A stretch of DNA of 49,631 nt from Stramenopiles sp. TOSAG23-2 (lineage: Eukaryota), in contig LT649272.1 of the NCBI GenBank assembly GCA_900128395.1, positions 1 through 49,631 on the forward strand, in the 5' to 3' direction. Shown in pieces: positions 20,292 to 32,022 of the stretch. A program made the translations under genes and the position numbers. The notes under the pieces are model-generated. The model was not told where the DNA came from. It did not search any database and worked only from the letters and a program-made list of their open reading frames with translations. Position 1 is the first letter of the stretch, and each line of letters opens with the position of its first letter.

Positions 20292-21143
20292 TTACGGCGC
20301 TGCACACTGTGACAATTGTTGGCAATCCCAACCCCAATCATTATGTTTTGCCATTTCGCACATTTCCCGCATATTAGAATATGCAACAATACATTTTCCA
20401 TTTACCATTTTTGTCCCTGCCCCACAGAATCTACTCGAATCTCCACCATGTTCATTTGGGGCTGCTGTTGTATGAGTATGTGTTGGAATATGCCATTGCG
20501 TCGTTACATCTTGCGGTACAGACGATGTTATCTTTACAGAAGGTGCACGTGGTGTAACGGTTACAGCCTTCCCTGTTGCAGTAGAAACTTTTGACTTTAA
20601 CTCATTTGCAAATGTAGGTGATTCCATTTTTGATGTCAAGACGGATGCGGAGGTTGCATCTGCCACTATTACTTCATACACAATAATAAGTTTTTTAGCA
20701 AGTAATCTTCTTCGTCTTCTTTGATCAACTTCAGTAATTGAAATTATACTAACATCAGATTGTGCTACACCTAGGGATAACGCAATGTCACTTGTAATTG
20801 CATCGCTATTGCTTTTAGCATCTTCTTCTGAAATACCAGTGAATGACAATTCCTGTGTCACAGTAACATGAACCCGTAGATTTGGTGGTGCTGTTGTATG
20901 CATATGCGATGGACGATGCCACTTTGTTGTCACTCGCATTGGTGGTGCTGTTGTATGCATATGCGATGGAACATGCCACTTTGTTGTCACTCGCATTGGT
21001 GGCACATATGTAGCAGCTGTAGTCATTCTCATCGTCGGGGTGCCAGTCGTCGTATGTTGCTGGTGTGTATGATCCAAATTTTGACATGCCGACCATGCAT
21101 CACAATCTCTTGGATGTCCTTCTCGACCACATCCAGCTGCCAT
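20292..21143 (-). CDS. Probable extracellular protein with His/Thr/Pro repeats, an RRRRRLL-containing (SEA-like) domain and Cys-rich ends; N-terminus uncertain
   Basis: 283-aa ORF with PPMRVTTKWH.PSHMHTTA repeats (57 bp), SISITEVDQRRRRRLLAKKLIIVYEV and C-terminal FCGAGTKMVNGKC. The frame stays open about 22 codons upstream of the ATG, so an upstream exon may be missing. Confidence 0.75.
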   Translation of the reverse strand: MAAGCGREGHPRDCDAWSACQNLDHTHQQHTTTGTPTMRMTTAATYVPPMRVTTKWHVPSHMHTTAPPMRVTTKWHRPSHMHTTAPPNLRVHVTVTQELSFTGISEEDAKSNSDAITSDIALSLGVAQSDVSIISITEVDQRRRRRLLAKKLIIVYEVIVADATSASVLTSKMESPTFANELKSKVSTATGKAVTVTPRAPSVKITSSVPQDVTTQWHIPTHTHTTAAPNEHGGDSSRFCGAGTKMVNGKCIVAYSNMREMCEMAKHNDWGWDCQQLSQCAAP

Positions 21144-22028
21144 TGCTGCAGAGCAAGCTGTCTCACATTCTCTAGCTTGTCTTATTTCTTTCTTTCGAGC
21201 AGAAATATATTATGTTGTTATAATCTAAAAAAAATACACTTGGATAATCATATATGATAATATGTTTTTGTAGTCGTCTATATGGTTGATTAGTTCATCT
21301 CTTTACGCATGTGTACATAGATGTCTAGTATCTTTTTTTTGCAATAATAAATTGAAAACTATAACAATCTGGCAATGCTGATTGGGCCTATTATAATATC
21401 ATTTTATAAAAATCATGTGTCGATTTCAGAAAAATCACTTGGCTTTGTCGTAAGTTTTTTTCTTTTTTTCTTTTCCTTTTCCCATACTGTTTCCCTGCTC
21501 TGCGATTACTACGTCTGGTCACAAATTTCAATTATTGTGATAATACATTTTTTCAAATATATCTGGAGACCTATATCAAAAGTTATAACACTACTAAATC
21601 ATGACATGGAGTATACATAAACAGCGGCCGAGAAATGAATTAAGGTACTTTTGAAATTGTTTTTTGTGTCTAATGGGCTTTTTTTTTTGTTTTAGATCCA
21701 ACAAAACTTTTTTGAGAAAGATACTGCAATGCTATTCCCATACTAATTAAAAACGAATTATTTCTTCAATTTGCAATTTATATCCTTTACAATCTGATAG
21801 CTATTTATACTTGGTAGTATATAATATAAATTTCAAATTTATATTTTGAATATATATATAGAATAGATGCAATAGATGTATCGATAGATACAACCCACAA
21901 CGTTTTGCAAAGAAAGAAACAGCAAATCAATCAAAACAACATTAACCAACCAAAAACATTATTATTTGCAAAACGTTATTAAACAAGATCACTTTATTCA
22001 AATACATTTTTAAATAAATAAAAAAAAA

Positions 22029-22954
22029 ATGGTAAGCGTAAAAACGATATTAAATGTAGAAGTATATTGGAACTTATTTTATTTCATCATGCTTTCGTTC
22101 TTCGTAAGTAAAATACTATTCCCCTAAACCTAAAAAAGGTATGCTCTCTAACATATCACTCATTCATACGCTATGCTCTATAGACGGACAAATTAGCAGA
22201 AGGTTACAATCTTGAATCTGTTTCAAAAGATCCACATGTTTTAGCCATGATGAAAGGCATGGGTGCGATGTTCTTCACACTTTCTCATTCATCAAGCATT
22301 GCGAACAGAATCGATGATAAAAGAACACAATCTATCACAGCTTTCACGAACTTTCTGGTACATGCAGGTTTTTTAATTGTATGCTACTTCGATATGCAAG
22401 ATTTCGCTAAAATGGGTGCACCAGTGACTGGGGTATATGTTAACATTGCTATGAACTGTGTTTTAGCATACTTTAATTATGAAGCATGGAAAGAAACCGG
22501 GTCGATTATGGCAAAAATGCCACCATTCTCTGGTCAATCAAGTATGACAAACTGCTTAAGATTAAATTCTGGAATGTGTTTGGTATTTGGTTTATGGGCC
22601 TTAGCAGCACCTGATACCATGCTTGAGCAATATTTCAATGGAGCACCTACTAGTGGAGATAATGGTATTATGTTGAAAGTAATCATGCGTACTTTTGGGT
22701 ACTTCTTACTTGGCGCGGTATTAAAGAACGGTGCTATGATTACTTGTGGTAACGCAGATGCTGAATATTATGCAGTACGAGGCAGTGCAATGTACTGGTT
22801 CTTCTGTTGTGGTTCATTAACACAAGCTCATTTCATGAAAAATATTTGGAAAGAAGAAGCTTATATGATGAATGTTGTTATGCAATTTGGTATGTTCTTC
22901 TATGCTGCCACTGTAATGATTGACGAAGATAATAAATCTTTAAAAGAAGATTAA
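22029..22954 (+). CDS. Uncharacterised multi-pass membrane protein (281 aa, 2 exons)
   Basis: Exon 22029-22103 (MVSVKTILNVEVYWNLFYFIMLSFF), intron 22104-22183 (GTAAGT..CTCTAAC..TAG), exon 22184-22954 in frame with ORF 22247..22954; about 8 hydrophobic segments. Confidence 0.85.
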
Positions 22955-23982
22955 AAAAGGAGGAATAAAAAATATATGCGGTGCCCCATTAAGATAGTAT
23001 CTATGACATATTATTAGTAGATATTATAGTGTAGGCGGCATTTATATATATATTTATAAATTCGAAATAAATCGGCATATCATATCATTAAATATATATA
23101 TATATATTTATGATACTGGTATATAAAATGTTTTTCGCGTTTTGGTTTTTATTTAAATATTTAGCTTTGAAGATTTTTTCAACATTTCATCAAGAAGATG
23201 TGGCGATGAATAGAATATGTTCATTTTAAAAGTAAGATAGCGTAAAAAGAGGTCTCTCATTAAGTGTGTGTGGTGTGGAAGGTAGATGCGCTCCAGCGTG
23301 TAAAATGGAATGAGTCCATCAATTCATATAATATTTATAAAATAAAATATTTATACGATTCGTAAAAAAAAGTACTCGTATGCATTACAGTATCATAATA
23401 AATTTACAGCGTGTGTGTGTAATTTTTATGTTTTTCACTTCTCTGCGCTGCTGGTTATAGTACGTACAGATGTACTCGTAATATAATATTTAAAAATTAA
23501 AAATAGAATTTTTTACCACATGAAATGAAATATGATATGATAATTATATGATATTTTTTACCGACACACATCTAATTTTTCTTTTAAATTCTCGTCTCGT
23601 GTATATAAAAAAAACAAAAAATATTTTTATATATACACTCTTTCACTCTTTCCTCTCCTCTCTTGACACCTTGCGTTGCTTTGCCTCATCATGTATTTCA
23701 TGTCAATATCTGAATCACGATCATTAAATTTCATTTTTATATATGCATGTATATATAATATTATCATATCATATGATATATCTCATTCATATATAAATAT
23801 CAGTATAAAAAGAGTCTTCTACTTTATGCCCATACCATTTTATATTAATACATTCTTCATTTTTCAAAGAGAATACTTTGTCGACTTTGTAATTTACGTT
23901 TGTTTGCGGGGACTTTGGAGATATCATATATAAACATACCACTATATATATTTATATGTATATATATATGTACGGTATTTAA

Positions 23983-24783
23983 TTAATATCCACTATTGCG
24001 ACTACTACTACTTCTGGAGCTACTATTGGAGAGAAATCTCCCTCTTGCTAGATTCCGTTCTTCATTATTATTACCATTCAATCTTCTACTTCTGCTGTTA
24101 CCATCATCATTATTTAACATTCGATTATTATTAAAATCGTTTCTTCCTCTTCTTCCTTCACCTCCCATAATTGATCGCATATCATTACTTGTTCTACGAC
24201 TAAAATTATTCAATGCCTTCCTACCACCGTGCTGTTTCCATTGTTGATTAAAGTCGGATTCATTATCTGGATCCATACCTGTAAACATTTTCGTAGTCGT
24301 TTCTTTATGTGAACCCCGTGTCCGTTCTTTCACTACTTTTGTCCCACGATCTCCGATGGTACGTTCCCATCCAACTTTATCCAATCCAGCATTATTTGAA
24401 TATGCTTGCTTTGTTTGACTGATACGTTCACCGCTAGCATTTGTTGATTGGGATTCAGAGGTATACCGTTGCATTTTCCCATCTGGACCTCGAGACATAG
24501 ACATAACGGAAGAGGAAGAATAAAATGTACCGTTTCCATCTCCACCACCACCGCGTTGCATATCTTTCATCATATCATCCATTCGTTGCATCATGCCTCC
24601 TCCTATATTGCCAAATCCACCACGCCCATTAAAAAATGGATCATCTTCAAACAACGATAGCATTCCACCTCCCATCATATCATTTCTTCCACGTCGTTGT
24701 TGGTTATTATTGTTTCCATTATTATTGTTATTACCACGCCTTCGCCTATTATTGCCTTCTCCAAAAAAATCATCATCAAACAT
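23983..24783 (-). CDS. Myeloid leukemia factor (MLF) family protein
   Basis: DDPFF, FYSSSSVMSM..GPDG, QTKQAYSN..GLDKVGWERTIGDRGTKVVKER and GMD...SDFNQQW match the MLF domain. First ATG is at 24783. Confidence 0.85.
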   Translation of the reverse strand: MFDDDFFGEGNNRRRRGNNNNNGNNNNQQRRGRNDMMGGGMLSLFEDDPFFNGRGGFGNIGGGMMQRMDDMMKDMQRGGGGDGNGTFYSSSSVMSMSRGPDGKMQRYTSESQSTNASGERISQTKQAYSNNAGLDKVGWERTIGDRGTKVVKERTRGSHKETTTKMFTGMDPDNESDFNQQWKQHGGRKALNNFSRRTSNDMRSIMGGEGRRGRNDFNNNRMLNNDDGNSRSRRLNGNNNEERNLARGRFLSNSSSRSSSSRNSGY

Positions 24784-25367
24784 TTTCACACTTTTTTTTT
24801 TTTTTTTCTTCAATTATAATATAAATGCGATAGATAAATAATACCAAAAAAAAAAAAGAAATCAAGATAAGAATAGATATAAGAACGTAGTGATATGTAT
24901 CAAAAGTAATTGTTGCCTTTTCTTACTCAAAATGTCATATATACACAAACACAGAGTTCTTCTATATATATTATTTTGTATTTTTTTTTAGTGAAATTAC
25001 GATTTAATATAATTCAATACTGTGTAGTGTTATTTTGTTATTATTCTTTGTGCCTTTTTACTTATAATGAATATAATAACGTTTTGCATCACAAAAGCTT
25101 CTGGAAGGTTGGTACATTGTTGGATTCTTACTATTAATATTATACTCGGTATGAAAGCATTTTTAACACTATTCATAATATAGAAAATATCTTGATTAAA
25201 TGGTATATTGTTCGGATATTTTTTCCTAGTGCGATAATTGAATTATTTGATATTTTGGATTTTTTCCAGTTGATGTTTGATAGGAATATGTTGTACTTAA
25301 ACACAACAACATTACGAAAAATTGGAAATGAGATTAATTTAAAATTTTTAGTGGATTTCAAAATGGT

Positions 25368-25558
25368 AGTTAATTTAAGTACTAATTTAGTATACTAATT
25401 ATATTTGATAGAGAGGTATTGGATATTACAAAAAATCGGATATTCTTGTTTATTCATCAAAATAACAATTGGATATTTTTAGATTTTTTGTAATATCCAA
25501 TACCTCTCTCTATCAAACATACATACATTAGTATACTAAATTAGTACTTAAATTAACT
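25368..25558. repeat. Long inverted repeat (fold-back) 1: ~70-bp arms, 44-bp loop
   Basis: AGTTAATTTAAGTACTAATTTAGTATACTAAT (25368-25399) is the exact reverse complement of 25527-25558. 25404-25437 pairs with 25482-25517 apart from a 2-bp indel. Confidence 0.92.
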
Positions 25559-25615
25559 TTGCCAGTTAAGGATTACGAGGTACATACCATTTCTTACGCA
25601 GGAGAAAAAAGAAAT

Positions 25616-25745
25616 TCATACTTTTTTTAAAATATTATAAGTATGAATTCGGTATACTAATATTCCAATTTGACCAAAAATCACATTGGTAGGAATGTCA
25701 GTATACCAAAATTCATACTTATAATATTTTTTAAAAAAAGTATGA
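25616..25745. repeat. Long inverted repeat (fold-back) 2: ~55-60-bp arms, ~7-nt loop
   Basis: TCATACTTTTTTTAAAATATTATAAGTATGAATT.GGTATACT..ATTCC pairs with GGAAT..AGTATACC..AATTCATACTTATAATATTTTTTAAAAAAAGTATGA; an inner CCAATTTGA/TCACATTGG stem overlaps the end of the left arm. Confidence 0.9.
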
Positions 25746-25984
25746 CACCTTGGCGTTTCATTTCTTATGAATTTTGTCATCTTAATCTATTTTTATATCT
25801 ATACATGTTAGTATATGACCACATGGACAGTTTTGACACGGTTGCACGGTATAGAGGGAGCACTGTTATTGGTAGAATTATATGATGTTAATTTTGGAAT
25901 TTTTGATTTTATTCCTATATATATAATGTACAATGATATTATGTTTCCGAATCGATTAGATCACATTCATATCCGTAATGTGTA

Positions 25985-26008
25985 CCCCCCCCCCCCCCCC
26001 CCCCCCCC
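25985..26008. repeat. Poly-C tract (24 nt) followed by (AT)n
   Basis: Read directly from the sequence. Confidence 0.95.
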
Positions 26009-26088
26009 ATATATATATATATATTTATATCCGGATATATAGATATAAAAGTTGTGTATAGAGGGACATATTGTATGATCTTATAACA

Positions 26089-26239
26089 AACAAGAAAAGG
26101 TGTGGGATATATAAGATATATAATATAAATATAAAAGAACAACCCAAAGAAGAATTTAAACTTTAAAACAAGAAAAGGTGAGATATATAAGATATATAAA
26201 TACAACAGAACAATCCAAAGAAGAATTAAAACTTTTAAA
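26089..26239. repeat. Diverged ~78-bp tandem duplication immediately upstream of the secreted-protein gene
   Basis: ACAAGAAAAGGTG..GATATATAAGATATATA..AGAACAA.CCAAAGAAGAATT.AAACTTT.AAA occurs twice. Confidence 0.85.
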
Positions 26240-26253
26240 GATATATTTTGATC

Positions 26254-26925
26254 ATGAACACAAAAATGAAGCTTATCATACTCTTTCTAACTTGTCTCAC
26301 CCCCGCTGCCGCTTGGTGGAAAGACATGCCTGTGTGTTATGCCCCGGCCGAGAAGTTCATGGAGAACAACGGGAATCATTTCTTGTTTAGGGAGCTTACA
26401 CGGCTCGCAATCCCATGCAATTGCCCCTGGGGAAAAATTTGCTCATCAAACCATCCTAGAGGTGCTCAATATAACACTCAACAGCTGAAGGATTTTTATG
26501 GTATGCAAAAAACTACTCATGCATGCTATCCAGGTGACTGCGATGCCGCCAAAACAGAAATGCCACAGCCTGATCCAACGTGGGATAAAGGTCAATATGA
26601 AATCTGTAGTGCTAAATTTGATCAGGATGCTGGTAATGCTTTTTTTTGGGCTGCTATCTCATATGGTGTACAGTGCAAGTGTAAGTGGAGTGATGTGTGC
26701 ACTAACCCCAACCCCAATGGTGCACAATATAACTCTTGGACGCTTCAGACTGGGAGCTCGATGAAAGGCTACTGTACAGGAAAGAAAGGGACGGAGCCAT
26801 GCCAGGACAAAGGAGCATTTGAGGAGGCGAAAAAGGCAGAGGAAGATGATTTGGGCATGGCAGCGACCGCGACCACTAGCCTGACAGCCATAGTTTTGGC
26901 AGGTGTCGGGGCGGCATTGATGTAA
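26254..26925 (+). CDS. Secreted, probably GPI-anchored Cys-rich protein with two internal repeats
   Basis: Signal peptide MKLIILFLTCLTPAAA (ATG at 26254 or 26266). Two repeats of C...KF....GN.F......C.C.W..(I/V)C....P.GAQYN...L. Hydrophobic C-terminus ATATTSLTAIVLAGVGAALM. Confidence 0.85.
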   Translation: MNTKMKLIILFLTCLTPAAAWWKDMPVCYAPAEKFMENNGNHFLFRELTRLAIPCNCPWGKICSSNHPRGAQYNTQQLKDFYGMQKTTHACYPGDCDAAKTEMPQPDPTWDKGQYEICSAKFDQDAGNAFFWAAISYGVQCKCKWSDVCTNPNPNGAQYNSWTLQTGSSMKGYCTGKKGTEPCQDKGAFEEAKKAEEDDLGMAATATTSLTAIVLAGVGAALM

Positions 26926-27482
26926 ATTGTAATTTAGCATTTTGGTCAAGTGAAACGAAATGAAATGCCCCAGTAATCAATTATCCCACAGCAACCCTAT
27001 CACACCTGCAGTGTGGCACTTGTTTTATATGGACTCTCTGGCCAGTCCTAATTTGAAGTGAAAAAGAAAAGCAAAAATTATACGCACGTTCATATTAAAT
27101 ATTTTATTCTTCATAAAAAGAAAGACAGGAGATTCAAAATCAATCAGCGTCAATACGAAAAGGTAATGTGTATACAAATGTAAAACCAAGACGAAGATAA
27201 ATATTAAAAGGAAGCGGCAAGTTCAATCATATTCATAAAAAAAAAACATAATTTAATATATATATATATATAATATATTTGCTATATATGTGTACTTAAA
27301 TTTTTAATTTTTAGTTTTTACATTAGGAGCGTTCTGGTTCATTCGTCACATTTGACTACACACGCGCAAATTAATATATATAAAATATGATACGCGTATA
27401 TTTTTAGTCTCTAGATCCTCTATGCATAGATATTATACAAACCTACACACACTATCGCAGTGCATTATACTGCACAACTTTT

Positions 27483-28913
27483 TCAACAATAATCATCTGT
27501 AATTTTCATCACTTCCATTTCAATTTCTTTTTGTTGTTGTTGTTTTTGTTGTAATATTATTGTATTATTATCATGTTTTGCATGTGCAATTTTGGATACT
27601 AATGGTTGTTCCAGCATCATATTATTATTATTATTTGTTATTCCACTTTTATTACTATCATTTCGTTTTTGTTTTTGTTCTTGTTCAATTCGATTATCTA
27701 ATATCCATTGCAATCTAAAAACAATATCATTTAATTCTGTAATATTCATTTGTTTACATCTTTCATAAATCATTGCACGATGTTCTGATAATTGTTTCTT
27801 ATCCGCCGCAATATTACTATCCCCATAATACCCATCATTCATTGTCAATATTGGAAATGCGTAATAAATACCATATAAACATAAAAAGAAACTAAGGATG
27901 ATGATAATAAATGCAGAATAAATTTGTATTTTAATTGTTGCATTAATCACATATCCATTTTTTAATATCCATTTCGTATCATTTAAACCTGGTACCCTTT
28001 CTAAGATGTTGTGTATTTTTAATGGTAAAACTAAAAAGACTCGAAGATAACGTGCTTTTCTCCAAAATTGACGCCGTTCATTTAATATCATTATATCTTC
28101 TTCGTCATCTTTTCCATTATTATTATTAAATGAAAAACGAAATGGTTTTGCAAATTGTACTTGGCCACAAAGACATCCAACTCCATATACCATTAATACT
28201 TTTGATATTATATCAACTGCTTGACAAGCGGTTGAAATGGATGATGCATATACACTTGATGAAACTCTACTATATATATATGTTTCCAAGAATGCAACAA
28301 ACGGCGTTATAATTATATATTGACCAATTAATCTATTTATGAAAATCAAATCTTTTTTATAAATTCTTTTTTTATTTGCACACCGAAACAATATAGCAAA
28401 TAAACATAAAGGCATTTTACAATAAACTCGATTTGGTTTATGACGTTGTAACCAACCATTTCCTTTTTTATTAACTGCCAGTCCTAAGTGATACCCAGAT
28501 GTTATATGAAGATACGCAGTGAAGCTATACAAACAAACAACCGATGCAATTGTGACAAAACTATACGAAACTTGTGTCATTTGTGGAAAAAATAGTGTTA
28601 CCAAACTAAAAAAAGCAAAAATTGCTGGCAAGGCTATTATTCTTAATATATGCATAGTTCTTCTGGGCATAACTAATTCACCACCAATTGTATCAAGTTT
28701 TTGAAGACTAGATCTTTCATAATGTTTTCGATGATTCATTACCATGCAGGTTGTCGCTATTGTAAATAAGAAACCAAGTATTTGTAAAATTAATAATGTC
28801 ACATCAATATCAGATTGATACATTTTTAAATACATGGGCTCCCAAGATGGTGGACATGATGATGAAGGCAAGGAATTGTTATTATCAATATTATACAAAT
28901 TATTATCATGCAT
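27483..28913 (-). CDS. Organic solute transporter alpha / TMEM184-like membrane protein
   Basis: HILRIIALPAIFAFFSLVTLFFP, LYSFTAYL, Cys-containing loop CKMPLC and GQYIIITPF resemble the Solute_trans_a family; about 7 TM segments. Confidence 0.7.
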   Translation of the reverse strand: MHDNNLYNIDNNNSLPSSSCPPSWEPMYLKMYQSDIDVTLLILQILGFLFTIATTCMVMNHRKHYERSSLQKLDTIGGELVMPRRTMHILRIIALPAIFAFFSLVTLFFPQMTQVSYSFVTIASVVCLYSFTAYLHITSGYHLGLAVNKKGNGWLQRHKPNRVYCKMPLCLFAILFRCANKKRIYKKDLIFINRLIGQYIIITPFVAFLETYIYSRVSSSVYASSISTACQAVDIISKVLMVYGVGCLCGQVQFAKPFRFSFNNNNGKDDEEDIMILNERRQFWRKARYLRVFLVLPLKIHNILERVPGLNDTKWILKNGYVINATIKIQIYSAFIIIILSFFLCLYGIYYAFPILTMNDGYYGDSNIAADKKQLSEHRAMIYERCKQMNITELNDIVFRLQWILDNRIEQEQKQKRNDSNKSGITNNNNNMMLEQPLVSKIAHAKHDNNTIILQQKQQQQKEIEMEVMKITDDYC

Positions 28914-29260
28914 ATTGTTATATATTTATCTTGACTGACAAAGAAATAAAAATGACCATACCAAAATGATAATATTATATGGTATTACCTTTTACATTCA
29001 TTCTTTTTTTTTTTTTTCCCTGTGACTGTGCTGTGTTTTTCTCATCAAATCGCTCTTTTTTTCTTCTTCTCGTTCGTATCTTTGCACCTTTCATCAAGAG
29101 AACCCGAATGAATATAGCTTATATTAAAAGATATTATGGATATATCACCAATGGTACAAATAGAATAAATCAAATATAATATATATATATATATATATAA
29201 GTAACAATATATATCCTTCGATCATTTAACGTATAAGAGCAAAAACAAAAAGTAAGAAAT

Positions 29261-30619
29261 ATGAAACAATCAACAATATCTACTATGATTGCTACTACTA
29301 CTACTACTACTATGATTATCATTGTATGTTTAATATGCAATAATAATGTTGTACAAGCAAATGATAATGGATTAGGTTTATCACCACCACTTGGCTGGCG
29401 TTCATGGAATTTGTATGGGGATAATGTAAACCAGGGATTGATCACAAAAATCATGGACGGCATGGTACAACGAACCCGCAAAGTTGATGGTAAGCCTACA
29501 TCATTGTGTGACTTAGGTTATTGCGATGTAGGATTGGATGACCATTGGCAACAATGTGGTGCTCCAAATGCAGCACCAGGAATGCATTATCACGACAAAG
29601 ATGGAAATCCAATTGTTAATTTAGATGTTTTCCCAGACTTTAAAAATATGACAGATTACGCGCACTCCCTTGGTTTGACATCTGGCTGGTATGGCAACAA
29701 TTGCGATTGTGCTGATCATTGCAGTACAAAAGAAGAGTGCGATATGCAAATTAAAGCGGATGTTGCTGCACTGCATAAATATGGGTTTGATGCATGGAAA
29801 TTAGATGGTTGTGGTGGTGAAAAAGATTTAGTAACATTTAATAAATTTATGCTTGAATATGGAAAGCCTATTATGGTTGAAAATTGTCATTGGGGAAGTG
29901 TTGTACCGTTTAAACCAGATCCAACGCTTCCTCCAGCAGAAGGATGTCCATGGAACTTCTATCGCAGTTCCGGTGATGTACGTGCTTCCTACGCATCTGT
30001 GTTGCATAATTTAGCAACAGTTGCACCGTTGCATCAAGCAAACTTAAGTTATCCAGGATGTTGGGCATATCCTGATATGTTGCAAGTAGGTTGCAAACAT
30101 GGTCCAGGTGGTGCAGCTGATCCAGGTTTATCCCCAGAAGAGACACGTTCGCATTTTGGTGCATGGTCAATTGTGTCTTCCCCACTTACATTATCGCATG
30201 ATGTATGGAACAATACTATATCGGATGAAATTTGGGATGTAATTGCAAACAAGGAGGTATTGGAAGTTAACCAAGCATATGTTGGTGACTCTGGCGGCGT
30301 ATATGATTCATCAGAAACAATGGTAACATTGACCGATAGTGTTATTGAAGCGGATGGTACGATGGAAAAAGTATCATCACCAGAAAGTCAATATTTGTAC
30401 AAACCTATCGGAAATGGAAGAGTTGCAATTCTGTTAATGAATTCAGGTGCAACGTCACAAACATTAACAACTGATTTTAGCAAAATCCCTCACGTTACAT
30501 GTAGTAAATGTAATGTACGTGATATATGGGGTCATAAAGATTTAGGATCTTTTGAAACTTCATTTGCGGCAACAATTGCATCACATGATGCTGGATTCTT
30601 TGTTGTTTCCAGTGCATAA
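29261..30619 (+). CDS. Glycoside hydrolase family 27 (alpha-galactosidase / alpha-N-acetylgalactosaminidase-like), secreted
   Basis: Signal peptide, DNGLGLSPPLGWRSWN, LDDHWQ, KLDGC (nucleophile), RSSGD (acid/base), PDMLQVG and C-terminal VRDIW. Confidence 0.95.
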   Translation: MKQSTISTMIATTTTTTMIIIVCLICNNNVVQANDNGLGLSPPLGWRSWNLYGDNVNQGLITKIMDGMVQRTRKVDGKPTSLCDLGYCDVGLDDHWQQCGAPNAAPGMHYHDKDGNPIVNLDVFPDFKNMTDYAHSLGLTSGWYGNNCDCADHCSTKEECDMQIKADVAALHKYGFDAWKLDGCGGEKDLVTFNKFMLEYGKPIMVENCHWGSVVPFKPDPTLPPAEGCPWNFYRSSGDVRASYASVLHNLATVAPLHQANLSYPGCWAYPDMLQVGCKHGPGGAADPGLSPEETRSHFGAWSIVSSPLTLSHDVWNNTISDEIWDVIANKEVLEVNQAYVGDSGGVYDSSETMVTLTDSVIEADGTMEKVSSPESQYLYKPIGNGRVAILLMNSGATSQTLTTDFSKIPHVTCSKCNVRDIWGHKDLGSFETSFAATIASHDAGFFVVSSA

Positions 30620-31158
30620 AAAAAATTTTTAAAAATAAAAGCGTGCAAAGAGAGTTTTATGTAATTGTAAAGACATTTTAAAAATACACTAGAGCGTACT
30701 ATGTGGGTGAGAGAGGAAAGTAATATGATACGAAGTTTCGTACGCTTCGTACGATTAGTGTGTTGTATTATTAATATCATACTTCGTATCAGAGAGAAGT
30801 TCGTATGATACACATCGCGTATTTTATAAAAAAAGAAGAGATTATGATAAAATATAATTTAAATATGGTTAAAATCTAAAAAGTTATGCATAAATAATTT
30901 TAGTTCCCGTGGTAAATACTACGCTCAATACTAATAGAGATATGATATTACGAGGGAGTATATATTCCTGGTGGTTTTTAAAATATTTTTTTACCGCGCC
31001 AACGCGGGTATTTATTGATACGAACCGCATACCGCATATACTTCTCTCAGCAGCACGCTTCGTATGATATACGAACATATTTTTTTATTTTTTTTAACGA
31101 CAAGAGTACGATATGTACATTATATTAGCTTCATACAAAAGCGTATTCGATGTTTTTT

Positions 31159-31991
31159 TCAAGCTAACTTGATTGAAAATTTATTCAAATCTATGCTAAT
31201 GGCACCTTTTATATTTTCAACAACAACACCATTTTTCACATTACCATCATCAAATAATACATTAAACGTCCCATTGTCATTGATACTTGTAATTGTTCCT
31301 GGAAAATAGAACTGTTTTAATAATACTTCTACTCGATCTGGTATATATTTGCCATTTTTATCTGTATATTTTTCTTTCAATACATTAATGTTCATACTCC
31401 CATCGTTGTTATTACATGAAATTGATAAAATAATTCCAGTATCTGTATTATTCTTATTTTTATGTTCCGTATATCGAATACTTGTTATAGCTTCTGGTTT
31501 TTCTACTAAATTAAATGGATATATAATTTGATGTTCTCGTACGTCATGGTCTTCTCCGTTTACAAAATTTATTGAAACTGTACCAGCCCCCTCGTCTAAA
31601 TAATCAATTGTTCCTATTTTATAAATTACGTTACTTCTCGTACCCCAATCAGGAACTGATGCTAATACCTTTTCACCAATAAGCTTACTTTCCTTGTAAA
31701 AAAATACTTCTTCCATAAATCGAGTTCTTAATAACTCATGTTCATGCTTTAAATGCTCTAAAGTATGAGATGAATTGTCAGCATCGGCAGAAACGGCATA
31801 TTTTTCTACACCATCTAAATAATTTACTTCCACATATTCTTTTAAATGTCGAAATTCTAAGTTTCCATCAGGAACTGGAGGACGTAATTTTATGATTTCT
31901 TTCATTTTCAAATTCATACCATCTGATTTTTTAAGCATACGTGGTACCTCCATATCGTTTAAATTAACTTCTTCTTCCTCCTCCTCCTCTT

Positions 31992-32022
<31 letters not shown>

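Noticed and set aside
24910-25398. Short ORFs beside the hairpins as a possible transposase or viral remnant
   Set aside because: No recognisable motifs; lengths are compatible with chance and they start at TTG.
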